DNA from: the human T2T-CHM13v2.0 reference genome, Homo sapiens
Length of the DNA stretch: 64,000 nucleotides
Strand: one strand, 5' to 3'
NCBI RefSeq assembly: GCF_009914755.1
Contig: NC_060937.1
Shown here: positions 30,022 through 52,393 of the stretch, piece by piece
Numbering within the stretch: the stretch's first letter is position 1
Layout: every line of letters begins with the position of its first letter
Position numbers and translations under genes: made by a program
The notes under the pieces: generated by a model
Seen by the model: the letters and a program-made list of their open reading frames with translations, nothing else
Told to the model about the DNA's origin: nothing
Databases searched by the model: none

Positions 30022-31518
30022 TCATATAGTTTACGGTCAGGTCAGAGAATAGATACATACTTTGTTTTTACAGAGTCTTGTCAATTCCCAGAAAAATTCC
30101 CTGTCCCCAGCCAGGAGGCTCGAGAAAAGATTTCCTAACACAAAAACTAACCCAACTATGGACCACCCTAGGTAAATCATTTGGGAAAACTTCCTGCTCC
30201 AAAACTCCCTGCCAAAGTGTCTTTTCTGCTTAGGAAGACTTTTATTTTTTAAGGCTCCCTCTTGGGATAGAACTTTCTGGAGGTAACATGTCTGCAATCT
30301 CTTGCCAGCCTGCAGTTCTCAAGGCTATTTGCTCAGGCTTTCTGTTTGCTGTTTGTTTGGTTTTCCCAAGAAATAGGACACTAGATGGAACCCATGGTCT
30401 GTCATTTTCCTCTCAATACAGGCCAGCCACCGGCCGCATGTGGCTTTGGGTGTTTCCTCCACTCTGCTGACTTCTGCACATGCTCCACTGCTGATCCCCA
30501 GCTTAGGCAAAATAAAATGCAATCTTCACTGGGAAATATGCGATTACACACCAACTGCAAGATCAGGCTTTTCCTGAATGTGGTTTTTTACCCCTCATGT
30601 CAGTATTTTTTTTCATGAACTATTTTTCAGATGAGGCGTCACTATGTTGCCCAGGCTGTTTCGAACCCTGGACTTTAGAGACATTCTGCCTCAGCCTCTT
30701 GCCAACTGAGTAGCCGGGACTATAGGTGTGTGCACTGCATCTGGCCAGGTCAGGATTTGTCAAGTTATCCTAAAGATGACGTTTATGGAACTATGCCCAG
30801 AAATACCAGCCACATCTAATACTTAGAAAAATAAAAACAAAAATTTAGATACCCCTGAATAAGTCGCTTCAAGGATTTTACTTCTGCAGAACCAAGAAAG
30901 CCACCTGCCCGTAAGGCTTCTTGGAGTTTTCACATTGAGGAATCATTTCTACGCGGGTGGGAGCCAGGACCACTCCAGGTCCCAGAAAAGAGAACTCGCT
31001 ATATGGTTTTTGTTTGTTTGTTTGTTTTAATATCCAGGGTGGTCCTGAAATTTGCATGAGGAGTCAGCCTTGATTTTTGGGGAGCCACCCGGTTACAGTT
31101 CACGGCCACCCACACTTGTAACTCTGGGCTTTTTAGGGTGGAGTGAGGCCTCGGGAAGCTCTTCAGCAGACTCAAAGGAAAACCAGCTTCTGGACGTAGC
31201 CAGGGGGAGTGTGCTGCCCTCTCCCGATGACACACCGTGTTCCTGGGTTCATTCAGTGGGTATAGCCGAAGATTGTTTTACCAGGCATAGTTCACATTCT
31301 TTTAATTCTTGGGAGAAAGTAAGGCGTGACTGTCGTGTTCGTCTGCTGCATCTCAAAAGGGCAGAGACGCTGTGTTTTGAAAATATTATCCCTGGACCGT
31401 GAAAGCACGAAGCACGGGAAGCTGTGGACTTAAACCTGCTTCCATTCTTCCCACTTCTTCCATTCTTCCCACTTCACTTAAGTCAAACCAGGGGTGTTAG
31501 TCAATAAAAAGTGTTTCT

Positions 31519-31887
<369 letters not shown>

Positions 31888-31963
31888 TTATGATGTTTTT
31901 GAGCAGCCACACTAATTGTGCTCTGAAAAGCACTGCCTTTGTGATTATAATAATTCAGTGTAG

Positions 31964-32299
<336 letters not shown>

Positions 32300-32769
32300 A
32301 GGAATACTTTTTCATTGAGGGGAAGAGGGAGTGGGTGGAGACTGACAATAAGGTACTCTTGAGGAAATATGGTAGAAGGGTGGATAAATATCAGCACATG
32401 AGGAGTTGCTTCACAAAAATATCCAACCTACTGACAAAAGAGTTGTGGAGTATTTCATGATACAATAGTGGTCGTTGTTCTGGGTCTGTGAGACCTCCTT
32501 GCGTCATTTTACCTTGGTCACTTCAAATCCTATAAACAAACATTTACTGAGCTCTCATGTGCAGCGGGCACGGTGCTGGGGGCTTGGTCTCAAGGCTAAG
32601 GAGGTGGAGGAGATTGGGCTTCCAAGGAACAGGTGAATAAATAGATTCATTGAGTTGTGGTGGTTCTATTTCCTCTTCCCACCAAAACCACATGCGGGAA
32701 ACATAGTTCCTCAAAGTCTGTGGTGTGGGTTTTAAGTTTTTTCGTGTTCTTAGATCTAAAAGAATCTTA

Positions 32770-33093
32770 GGCCGGGCACAGTGGCTCATGCCTGTAATCC
32801 TAGCACTTTGGGAGGCCGAGGCGGGCGGATCACGAGGTCAGGAGATAGAGAGTATCCTTGCTAACACGGTGAAACCCCGTCTCTACTAAAAATACAAAAA
32901 ACAAAAACAAAAATAGCCGGGCGTGGTGATGGGCGCCTGTAGTCCCAGCTACTCAGGAGGCTGAGGCAGGAGAATGGCGTGAACTCGGGAGGCGGAACTT
33001 GCAGTGAGCCGAGATCGCGCCACTGCACTCCAGCCTGGGCCACAGAGCGAGACTCCGTCGCAAAAAAAAAAAGAAAAAGAAAAAGAAAAAAAA
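32770..33093 (+). mobile_element. AluY
   Basis: Y diagnostics; A-rich tail. Confidence 0.95.
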
Positions 33094-34899
33094 GAATTTT
33101 GAACATCAAATTTTAGAAGCTGCTAGTACAACTGGAAGAGCAGATATAGGTAAACCATTTTCTTCACTAGTTTGACCACATTATTCTATTGCTTCTCTAA
33201 AATGGGATTTCTTTTCTTTTCTTAATGGCCTCTCGTTTGTTTACTGAGAGATGCTTACTCTACTGTGTGTCTTACATCTAAACTAGATGGAGCAACACTG
33301 AATTCCGGGTCCAGTCAGGTTCTTCTTCCTCCCATGGTCCAGTGTACACAAGGGCTTCCCGCCAAGTGCCCACCTCTGGTTCTCCTCCTGTCCTCACGGT
33401 TTTCCTCTTTGGCTATGGTCTCTGCTCAGCACTGGTCTTCTCTTTCCCACACTCTACTGCAGTGTATACACACGCAGCCTTGGTCCCTGTCCTCTCAGTA
33501 ATTATTTCAGAAGACCTCCCGCGTTTATTCACGGGTAGCAGGCACCTCATCACGTCCTCGAGCTCCTCTTGGCATCCTTAATTAGCCCCCACATTGCAGC
33601 CAGAGTGAATTCCATGCACACAGCCATCAGCAAGCACCAGGCCTCTGCCTACCGCGCTTAAATATTTATTGTTATAATAATAAAAAAGGAGGAGGAAGCT
33701 TTCGTAAATAAGGATGATGAATTAAAATTCACTGTGATGTAAATTGTTCTGGGTTAAAGGAAAAATCGACAGGATTTTCTCTAAAATGATTGAAAAATCT
33801 CTGGATGCTGCAGGTCAGGCCAGTAGACAGCAGGGGGCATGAGAGACATTTCTCCCGTTCTCAGTCCTGTCCCCGAGCTTGTGAAGGCAGCGCACACTTG
33901 CTTCCAATGCGATCCTTGCAGCTTTTCCACCCATGATATCTGTATTTGTTTTTTCAAATTTTATGTATTTTTCTATCACGAACTTTGATTTTTTCCCCCT
34001 GCACTGTGTAAGAATTTATGCATTAGCTGAAAATAAAACATCTGGGCCAAAAGAATAGTAGTTTTCTGTTCCTCATAACTTGCTCCCAAAACAGTGGCTG
34101 AGCACCAGATGGCAGCATCCTTCTGTTTCAGAATATTAGGGTAGCATTAAACATTTTTTAAACACATATACCTCACAACTAAAAACATTGTTTCTGTTTT
34201 TTTCTTTAATAATATTGGAAATTTCAAAAGAAGTCTTTTGTTGATTTGTTTGTTGCATTCTGCAAATAGTCACTGATCTTATAACAGTGAATTTTATCCT
34301 GCAGGAATTCTGGCCTATTTTGGTTGGGGAAGTGTCAGATGTGGTTTGGGAGGATGACAGTTTATGATGTAATTAATTGAGATACAAATGAAAATATTCA
34401 GTTTGCTTCTCCTGTATTCTCTGTCTGGTCTGTCTGCCCTCCATCCAACATGTCCAGGCCATCTGCAAACTCCCAATGGAGTTATCTTCTAGAGTTTGAC
34501 CTTGGCAGACGATGCTAGCAACAGCTGAATGCTCTTCCCAGCTCCATTCCACAGCCGCTCTCCAGGTGTGGCCTGCCAGTCAGGAGGACTTCTCAGTCCT
34601 TCGTGTTTTCAGACTGGTCTGTCTTTGCAGAGTCCCCTCCTCCTGCTTTAAACCCCCTCTCCCTCTTCTTCACCTAGCTTGGGAGTCTCCTCTTCAGGGG
34701 GGTTTCTTCACTGCCCCCTCCTCTATGCCCAGGTTGAGCAAGATTCACCAAAGCACTCACTACATCTTATTTAATTAATCATTTATCACATTTGTCTCCA
34801 TCCTATAGACTAAGTATCTTTTTACTTTTATATTCTGTGTTAGTCTACCACAAAGTAAGTGCTCAATAAATGTTTGCAGGGTAAATAAAGTTATGGGTA

Positions 34900-35890
<991 letters not shown>

Positions 35891-36001
35891 AACTTATGGC
35901 AACATTAATGGAATGATCCATGGCTAAACTTTTCTGCAGGCTTAGTGTCCTCAGGCAATGAATGATTGGCAGGTTTTTTTTTTTGTAACATCTTAAGCTG
36001 A

Positions 36002-39294
<3,293 letters not shown>

Positions 39295-40259
39295 TGATTG
39301 GCAGGTTTTAACTGGACGTTTGAAACTCATTTTTATGGAGAACAACGAACTTGGAGGGGAAAACAATCCAGATGTGAGGAATAATTTGAATCTGTCAGGT
39401 CTATTGTAAAAATCACTTTTGATTTCCATGTGGTATTGCATAGAGTGTTCCTGAATGTAACCAGACAGTTCACCCAGGCAAGCGGTCAACAAGGAACACA
39501 CCTTCCCCAGAGTCTGCAGGCGCTGAATTTCATCTTCTTTTTCATCTAATTCCACAGTCCTTTAAATCCCCATAAGCTAAATTTCTTGATTCCAATTTCA
39601 GAAGGAGCTTTGTTACAATTAACTAAATTTTAAATTTTAGGCTATTCGAACAAAAAATTCTAATATAGGAAGTAAAATAATATTGCATTTCCTCATACAT
39701 TTCTTCCCCTGTGTGTGCCATTTCCCAATTCGGAGGAAAAGAATATTTTAAAACTGTTTTTTTTTCCCTGTACATAATACACAATCCCTTCCCCTCTCAC
39801 ACACTCTTTTTTGTCCAGGTTTAAAATAGCAACTCCAGCTGATGGTAGACACTGTTTGGGGATTTTAAGCCACTAATCAATTTCGCAGCTGGAGGCAAAG
39901 CACTTTGCTTGGAAATATTTTTCACATAACATACAAGGTGCTTCGACCTCAGAGCAGCCCAGAGGATTCCGCTGAAGGAGAGGGGAGGCTGCTGACCCAC
40001 CCCGGAAACCAGAGGAAAGTGAGGTGGTGGCAGGAGGCCACGGCCACGGGCAGGCCACGGGCAATCACTAGCTACCTTCTCCTAACCTTTTTCTCCCACA
40101 CACTTTCATTTTTAACAAACTGAGCCACAGAACAAGGAAATTCCAACTTCTGCAGGAACCTCTGGGAGCAGAGAACTAGGAAGGTAAAAGCTACCTGGTT
40201 CCACCTTTCTGGACTGAGAGTAAGACCCAAAGTTAAAGCGTAGGAAGAAGGAAACCCTC

Positions 40260-40785
<526 letters not shown>

Positions 40786-40874
40786 CTACCCCATCCATTT
40801 GCTTTCTATCACTGGCATCTTTACTTACAGGCTAGTTGGCTTCCTTTGTGCCTTTCTTACAAACACACTGCTTC

Positions 40875-41235
<361 letters not shown>

Positions 41236-41238
41236 CTA

Positions 41239-41685
<447 letters not shown>

Positions 41686-41844
41686 AGTAAGAGATTTTTC
41701 TTTAAGCTGCAAAATATATTTCACTGATACATGTTTCATTAATTCAATTCAATAAGCTTTTACTGAGTATTTGTGTGTCAGTATGTGATGGGATTATAAT
41801 ACTTCCTGCTATCAGACTCTTTTCCCAGAAAATCATCAAATTAT

Positions 41845-42548
<704 letters not shown>

Positions 42549-42593
42549 GCCTCAGAGCTTAGTGGTTAAGAACACAGCTCTGGAGTGAGATAG

Positions 42594-42945
<352 letters not shown>

Positions 42946-43119
42946 AAGAAGAAACAATTCTTACCTCATAGAGATGCACCAAATCCATACTTTGGCTGAA
43001 TTCTAAATGGCTAAAAGTGGAAAAGTTACTGAGGACAAAGCCAAATATTACCATCATAACATGGATTTCTGGAATAAAAAAATAAACCTGATATTGTTAT
43101 TAAAATGTAATAATTAACT

Positions 43120-43650
43120 GTATCAGTTATTTATTGTCATAATAACACTATGGAACCAGTAACTATAAACCTTCAGTTGTATTTAACAATAAACATCTAT
43201 TCTTCACCACTCTGTAGGTCAGTTGGGTGGTGCTACTGACCTGGGCCAGACCTGTAGGGTCTCAGCCGGGCTGACTCAGCTCCTGTGGCTGCAGCCACTT
43301 GCCAGATGGGTGGAGGGCTGCCTGGTACAGGCTGTTATCAGCTTAGACCACCTGTCTCTGCTTCATGCAGTCTGTCAACTTCCAGTAGAGAATTGAGCTT
43401 GCCGTCATGGCATGAGAGGGTTCTAAGGGTGGGAATGGAAGCTTGCAAGGCCTCTTGAGAACTGAGTTCAGGACGGTCACTTCTGCTGCATTCTGTTAGG
43501 TAAAGTAAATCACAACGCTGCCCAGATTCTAAGTGTGAGGAAATAGACTCCACCTCTCGGTGGGAGGGGCTCCAAAGTCATATTGCAAGGGCCCTGAATA
43601 TGTGCAGGGGTAGAGAATTCGAGCCATTCTTGCATTCAACCTGCCACATT
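43120..43650 (-). mobile_element. MLT1 LTR
   Basis: 'tgtatcagttatttattgtcataataaca...gtcacttctgctgcattctgtt...aaatagactccacctctc...caacctgccaca'. Confidence 0.7.
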
Positions 43651-43845
43651 AACATGTTTTTATCATTAAAGTTGTTTCAGTTAAATGTTCTAAGTTTGAC
43701 ATGACGGGGAAGATACAATAATTTCTCCACTGTCAGTAAGATTTCTCCTCTGTTAGCTGCCTACCTTACATATAAATAAATAGAGCCCACTTTCACCTGC
43801 GATTGTTAGAGAAGCAAGGTGTTTGACTAGCTCATTTTAATATAA

Positions 43846-44255
<410 letters not shown>

Positions 44256-44643
44256 TACTAATCTTTTTTGTTCTGCCATGTATTATCATCTAAATTTCCA
44301 TGTACATTTGTGGACTCAAAAAAGGTTATGTATCCTAAAACATGCTTTCTTTTACATAAGATTAATGACTTCTGTACTCACCACAGTCTTGCAATAAGAA
44401 GTATGAATTCATACTTTGACTGACTGATAGAATTCCAATCTCTAAACACTTAAAGGAGGTTTTTCACTTCAAGTTTCAGGTAGAATGTTTACCTATATTT
44501 AAAAGTGAATACTGTATTTTAATATTAACAACAAATTAAAATATCACACCACATTTGTATCACTGATGTTCTTATAATGATTAGATACACTGGTTCTTAT
44601 AATGATTAGATACACCCCTGAACTTGCATCAGATCAATGGTCA

Positions 44644-44946
<303 letters not shown>

Positions 44947-45201
44947 CTAAAATTTTCCTTCATATTGTTAAAGATAGTTTCAAAGCAACCTCCCTTTTTC
45001 TTTCTTTGTGCATAATAATAATAATCTTAAACTTTTCTACATTTTTCTGCTTTCCATTTTTCTAATATTTTCTTCTGGGCCTCATGTCTCCAAAATAAAT
45101 CATTCCACTCCAAGGAATAAAGTAACTAAAAATACATATACCTAATAAAACCAAACCGCTGTGCACCAAAAAGGAAATTAGTAATAGAAATTAAGAATGC
45201 C

Positions 45202-45877
<676 letters not shown>

Positions 45878-46203
45878 TTAGAAAACAGTTCATTGAAAAT
45901 AAAAACTGGAAAAGATTTTGTGTTAAAATACTCGGATAACATTCTGCATAGGCTGGAAATCTCCTTTTAACTTAGGAAATTTTAGAAAATTGGATGAATT
46001 GAAGCCTTTTTTTAAAGCTTACTTAATAATGTACTTATTAGAAGAAACACTATAATGATGTCAAAAAATTTAGCACACGGCGCGGGCGCAGGCGCGGAGA
46101 GGCGCACAGGAGACCTCAGGCCCAGGCTCCACTCCCCAGCTGTGAAAGGACCGCTGGCCGGACCCCCAAGCTAGCCCGCCAGGCCTCCATAGAGCTGCCC
46201 AGC

Positions 46204-46623
<420 letters not shown>

Positions 46624-46639
46624 TCACAAGTGCTCCCTG

Positions 46640-48200
46640 AGGGTGGGCCACCACTCGTCGGCTGCAAATTGTAGCCTGGGAACGCTCCAGCCGTATTTCA
46701 GCTCGCCTTCGGGGATCGCGGCCTCCGAAGGGCAACAACAAGCAATTCAGTCAGTCCATGGGCCTTGGCACAGACTCTCAGCGCCTCCCGCCTCTCAGCA
46801 GAAACGCCCAACAGAACCGTTAGAACCAGCGAGCACGCGCACCTTAGCCGGCCCCGCCCAACAGGCCCGAGGCAGAGAAACCGCCCTAGCAGCTCTCGCG
46901 GCGCCCAGTGCAGGCGGCGGTTGCTGCGCAAGGTGCCGCGGGCTGGCAGGGCTCCCTGGAGCCGCAAGGCGCGCCCTGCCCCAGGGCCTGTTTGACTGTG
47001 GCCCGCGCGCTCTTCTCCTCTTCCAACGGCTCCCGATGCTCAGAGCCCCCCGCGCTGGGCCCTCTGCAGCCCAGGGATGGGGTTGAGTGGTTCTTCTCCA
47101 CCTGGTGCCGCCGCTGGGCCCACAGCCCGACTTCGCCACTGCGTCGCCCCCGGGGTCCGCGCTGATGGGCGCGAGGCGGAAGGACGGGATCCGGGGTTGC
47201 CACCGCTGCAGTCAGCGCACCGCTTGCAGGTGGCAGCTGCAGCTCGGGCTCCGGCGGGGGCTGGCGGGGCTCCCCTGGGATGGCCTCCTGGGCCCAGAGT
47301 GCGCCGCCCATCCGGCCAGAGGGTGCGCGCCTCCTACACCCTGGGCCGAAGCCCATGCCGGGCGCTCCTGCCGCAGACTGCCTGACATGCCGCGGCCGGG
47401 CTGGCCCGGGGGTCCGCGCGGCTGGAGGCGCCCGCCTGGTCGGGGATTCCCAATCCTCGGCGACCCCTGCTCCATGTGCTGGTGGCGGCTGCAGCTGCAG
47501 CGCCCATGGGCTGATGTGGCTTACCGGAGCTGCGGCCGGCCACGCCCAAGGGCCTCACAGGCTGCGCTGCCCTTGCCAGCTGCTCCTGACCCGCGCCCAG
47601 AGAGCAGGACCTGGCGCTTGGCACTGTGCAGCCACGGGGATGAGGCTGAGCGCCGGTTATCGGCCTCGTGGCGCCGCTGGGGCCACAGCCTGACTTCACC
47701 TCCCCGTCGCCCAAGTCGTGTGATGGGCACATGTGAGGAGGGGCAATCGGGGTTCCCAAGGCTGCTGCCTGCATGCCACTCCGTGGCCACTAGGATAGGG
47801 CTGAGGAGCCGCCAGGGGATGAGCACGTTGTGGCCATCAGAATGGGGCTGAGAGTCTATCTTTATCCTTATGCACCTGCCCAGCCGACTTCCCGACAGCC
47901 ACTACCGCAGCGTCCTGTCAGGGAGTCCTTGCTGTTGGGGTGGGGATGGGGAGGGCATGGAGAATCAGGGATGGTCTGGCCATTGCTGCTGGTGCCTGAC
48001 GTGCAGGTGGCAGCTGCACCTAGGGCACGGGCTGGTAGGTCTTCTCTTTTGGATGGTTTCCAGGTGCCCCATTGCGCAGTGACCAAGCCAGAGGGTCCAC
48101 TCCACCTTAGCCCACACTAGGAGTCCAGGGGCTACAGGCATGGGTACTGCGTGGCCAACCAGAAGGGGCTCAGCAACCAGTTCAGCTTTCCTGCCTTTGC
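46640..48200. repeat. CpG/GC-rich block with degenerate internal repeats
   Basis: Recurring motifs 'gccgctggg(c/g)ccacagcc(c/t)gacttc' (~47110, ~47672) and 'gcaggtggcagctgca' (~47226, ~48003); dense CpG to ~47700. Confidence 0.7.
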
Positions 48201-48209
48201 AGGGCTTTT

Positions 48210-48797
48210 TAAAAATTTTTTTGTATTTAACATTTTCTAAAAATACATACAAACAAAAAGATGCATATCAAACATATTAGGAAGATTGCACATGGGAAGA
48301 CGGGGAATAGAAATGGGGGGTGAGAATGAAAGAAAATAAATGAGAGAGGGACTTTGTATGGATCAATGATAATAACTCAATCCTCTATGTCTTTGACAAG
48401 AAGGAGAAGGAAGAGGAAGAAAAAGAAAGTGGGATAAAGGATGGGAAAGGGAGGAAAACAGAAAAAATTAGAGTATGACTCCAGGGTAGACCTGTTTTGT
48501 TGTTGCTGGGTTGGTTGGTTGGTTTGTTGTATTTTTCATATGTTTCACCATGTTGGCCAGGCTGGTCTTGAACCCCTAGCCTCAAGTGATCAACCCGCCT
48601 CGGCCTCCGAGAGTGCTGGGATTACAGGCGTGAGCCACCACGTCCAGCCCCAACACTGCGTCTGGCCTCCGTGGTAGACCTCCCAGACGGGGCGGCCGGG
48701 CAGAGGCGCTCCCCACATCCCAGACGGGGCAGCCGGGCAGAGGCGCTCCTCACTTCCCAGACGGGGCGGCCGGGCAGAGGCGCTCCTCACATCCCAG
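48210..48797 (-). mobile_element. LAVA-like 3' module: SVA-type VNTR (48680-48797), unique linker, AluS left arm (48541-48648), unique 2, L1 piece
   Basis: Minus strand: (gaggagcgcctctgcccggccgccccgtctggga)n-ggtctaccacggaggccaga...ggctggacgtggtggctcacgcc...aaacatatgaaaaatacaac...caggtctaccctggagtcatactctaa...gtatttttagaaaatgtt, matching my recollection of the LAVA 3' end. Confidence 0.75.
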
Positions 48798-49135
48798 ATC
48801 CACAAAAGAAGTGAAAATAGCCTTAACTGATGACATTCCACCATTGTGATTTATTTCTGCCCCACCCTAACTGATGTACTTTGTAATCTCACCCACCCTT
48901 AAGAAAGTTCTTTGTAATCTCCCTCACCCTTGAGAAGGTTCTTTGTAATTTGTAATTCTCCCCACCCTTGAGAATGTACTTTGTGAGATCCACCTCCTGC
49001 CCGCAAAACATTGCTCCTAACTCCACCGCCTATCCCAAAACCTATAAGAACTAATGATAATCCCATCACCCTTTGCTGACTCTCTTTTCGGACTTGGCCT
49101 GCCTGCACCCAGGTGAAATAAACAGCCTTGTTGCT
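48798..49135 (+). mobile_element. HERV-H LTR7 (LTR7B-like) U3-R portion ending at its polyA site
   Basis: 'tccacaaaagaagtgaaaatagccttaactgatgacattccacc...cccaaaacctataagaactaatgataatccc...cacccaggtgaaataaacagccttgttgct' followed by polyA; 5' end and U5 absent. Confidence 0.9.
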
Positions 49136-51846
49136 AAAAAAAAAAAAAAAATTTAGCACAATGCCTGGCACATACCAGATGCTCAATAAATAGTGGCTAT
49201 TAGCTGATTGAACTTCATCTGTTCAAGTACATTTTCTAAAGTAAAAACATTAAAAAACAAAAAACCCTTCCTTCTAATTCGGTAATGAAGGTAGTTAGTT
49301 GGAGACTCTCCCGATAACTGTTATATAAGAATTAGCAATATGAAGCCAGAAGTGTACTGAATGCTGTAAAGCTGCGAAATGGTCTGAAATACTCAACGAG
49401 TCTTAAGGTGTTATTGGGACGGTAACATTTTCAGAATATGGAACTTGCTAAATAAACATTTTCCTGCTCATTTGGATACTACGCAATGCAGAACATTCTC
49501 TGTTTATTCTTTCATCGGAGACATTTTGAGGAAAGGCAGAGGTGGGGTACTACTCAAGGACTCTTTAAACAAACATGAAGTTTAATTCAATTGTTTCCTG
49601 ATAGGTTGACTTCTTCCAAGAGCCAAAGAAAATGTTTTACTAATCCAAAAGGTACAAAAATAAGGTTGAAGCCATAGAATGCAGGAGGGTTTGAAAAAGT
49701 TAACGTATTTTGGGATAATTATGACCACTGTGAGGCTGTGCTGTGAAGGCCATCATTCTGCTTCTGTTAAAATAAGCAGCACAATCATTCTTTTTTCTTT
49801 TTATGTTTTTACTGGGAGACTGGTAAGGCTGCTTTGATAAAGTGAGTTCCTATTTATACCAAATCTAAACACCCAAGATAAATGGGACATGAAAGGTGAG
49901 GAGGAGACTGAGTGGCCACAATGTCACTCATGTAGACATTGAACTCATCCAGGGGGCAGGTGTGAGCACAGGTGGACGGTGCATTCTGAGCTGTGTGTCA
50001 ATGTCTTACGTGGCCAAGACAGAGTGACCAGAGGTCACTGTGCAGTGGCAAAGGTGGGGTCAGGTGCATGTTTGAGGCATGGGCTTCAAAAAAAGCAGTG
50101 TCATAGCTTTTGTCCTCTGTCACATGAGGTCATTTACAAGAAGAGGTCTAAGATGATGGTCATGTATGTATCCATTCGCCCATTCAATAGCTCACTCTAA
50201 CACTATGCCTGTGATTGAATGGCTTTCAAAAAGCATGTTGGTGGATATACTGAATGACAAGTATCTACCAAACTCTATGCTGGGCTTGCACGCACGGGGT
50301 AGATGAAAAAGTCTCTCTTCTCAGGGTACCCAGAGTCAGAAGCATTGACAAATTCGAGTGGAAGAGAAATGTCACACTAGCTCTGCATTCCATAGAGAGG
50401 GGACAGAGTGACACACTCTGGGGGAAAGAGTAGAGGAGCTGGTGGTGGTGGTGTCTGAAAGCACTCTGGGCTTGGGGAAACACGAGAATGGCCTCAGTGG
50501 CCTGAGGCGTGGTCAGAGGGGTGAGTGTGTTGGTCTTTGAGTCTCCCCATCCCTCCCGGTTGGACTGACTAGACTGCAGGAGCTTCATGAATTCGCCAGT
50601 TCCCGGAGTCTTCTTGGAAGAGGACTGCTGCAAGCCTCGTCCGGCTCCCTGAGGAGGGAAGAGCATCCAGTGCTCCTGTGACCCCTCACCGTGGGCACTG
50701 GCCGTACCCTCTGATGGAAACAGGTTTCTTACCTGCTGCCACTCTGCAGTCCTTACTCACCAGGCACGGATGTAGGACCCATCCAGCCCCATCTTCCCCA
50801 TACACAGTTGCACAGTGTTGTAAAATCAAACTCACTGGCCATCCCAGGTGGGAATTGGGCCCTACCGGAACCTTTGCTTCTGATGTCCTCAGAAGTGGCT
50901 CAACTAAATATTTTTCTTTTTCTGAGTATAGGGAGTAAACAGAGAAAATTACTATCATTTCTTCTTCTGTTAATTGTCCTTATGTCAGGCCAGGAGTATA
51001 TGGGTAGACAGTTCCCTGTGGCTGTTGGCTCAGTCTTCCAAACTACAGCATTTGCAATTTTATTCAAAATCCCATCTGTCTGGTTTTCGATGGTTCTGTC
51101 TGTAGCATTTTCTCCACACTGGTCTATAAATGCAGATATGTGTGTGCGCTTCTATGTATGGATGCTTACATGTACATGCATAGGTAGAGAGGAGAGTGCC
51201 TAGGCCAGATCACTCAGAGAAAGTGTTAAATTACATCATTTTGTTGTTTCAGTTACAGAAATCTTAAACTAAGCACAGCTTCTCTGACACCAGTATCAAT
51301 TTCATTACTGAGCCATGAGATAACAGCGGTTTACAAGAGAAGATGGTGAAAAGATTGAGAATTCAAATGATGAATGGGATGCACACAGAAAAGACATCAC
51401 TGTGCGTGTCTTCATGAGGAAACTGAATTGAGACTACTGTGCCACAAATCAAGTAATGTGTAATTTTTCTTTGAAAGCATGTAGAGGCTTTAAAGATAAC
51501 AACTAGCTTTTGAGAAAACCTAGGATTAAAAAAATAATAGAATAAGATTAGAATCTTCATCATGTATTCAGTACTTTACATGCTATATTAATAGTGAACT
51601 AATACAGATTGAATTGCATATAATGCATTTCAAACAATTTGGGATTGAAGCAGAATATTAATATGACTACAGAAATTCAGTCCATTTTTTTACTAATGCA
51701 AAATATTTGAAAAAATATTTACATTATATATCAGCCATTATCCATTCATTACATTAATGATTTTTAGTAATACCTTCTTTTTAGTTATGTATTTAATTTA
51801 ACTTATAAATTTAACACAATATTAGAGACATGCAAAAACATATTAG

Positions 51847-52393
<547 letters not shown>

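Noticed and set aside
46643-48252. Many overlapping ORFs up to 254 aa
   Set aside because: Expected from the scarcity of stop codons in very GC-rich DNA; open in most frames, with no family match
48660-49145. Canonical SVA element
   Set aside because: No CCCTCT hexamer or HERV-K SINE-R; the adjacent LTR is HERV-H type and in the opposite orientation to the VNTR
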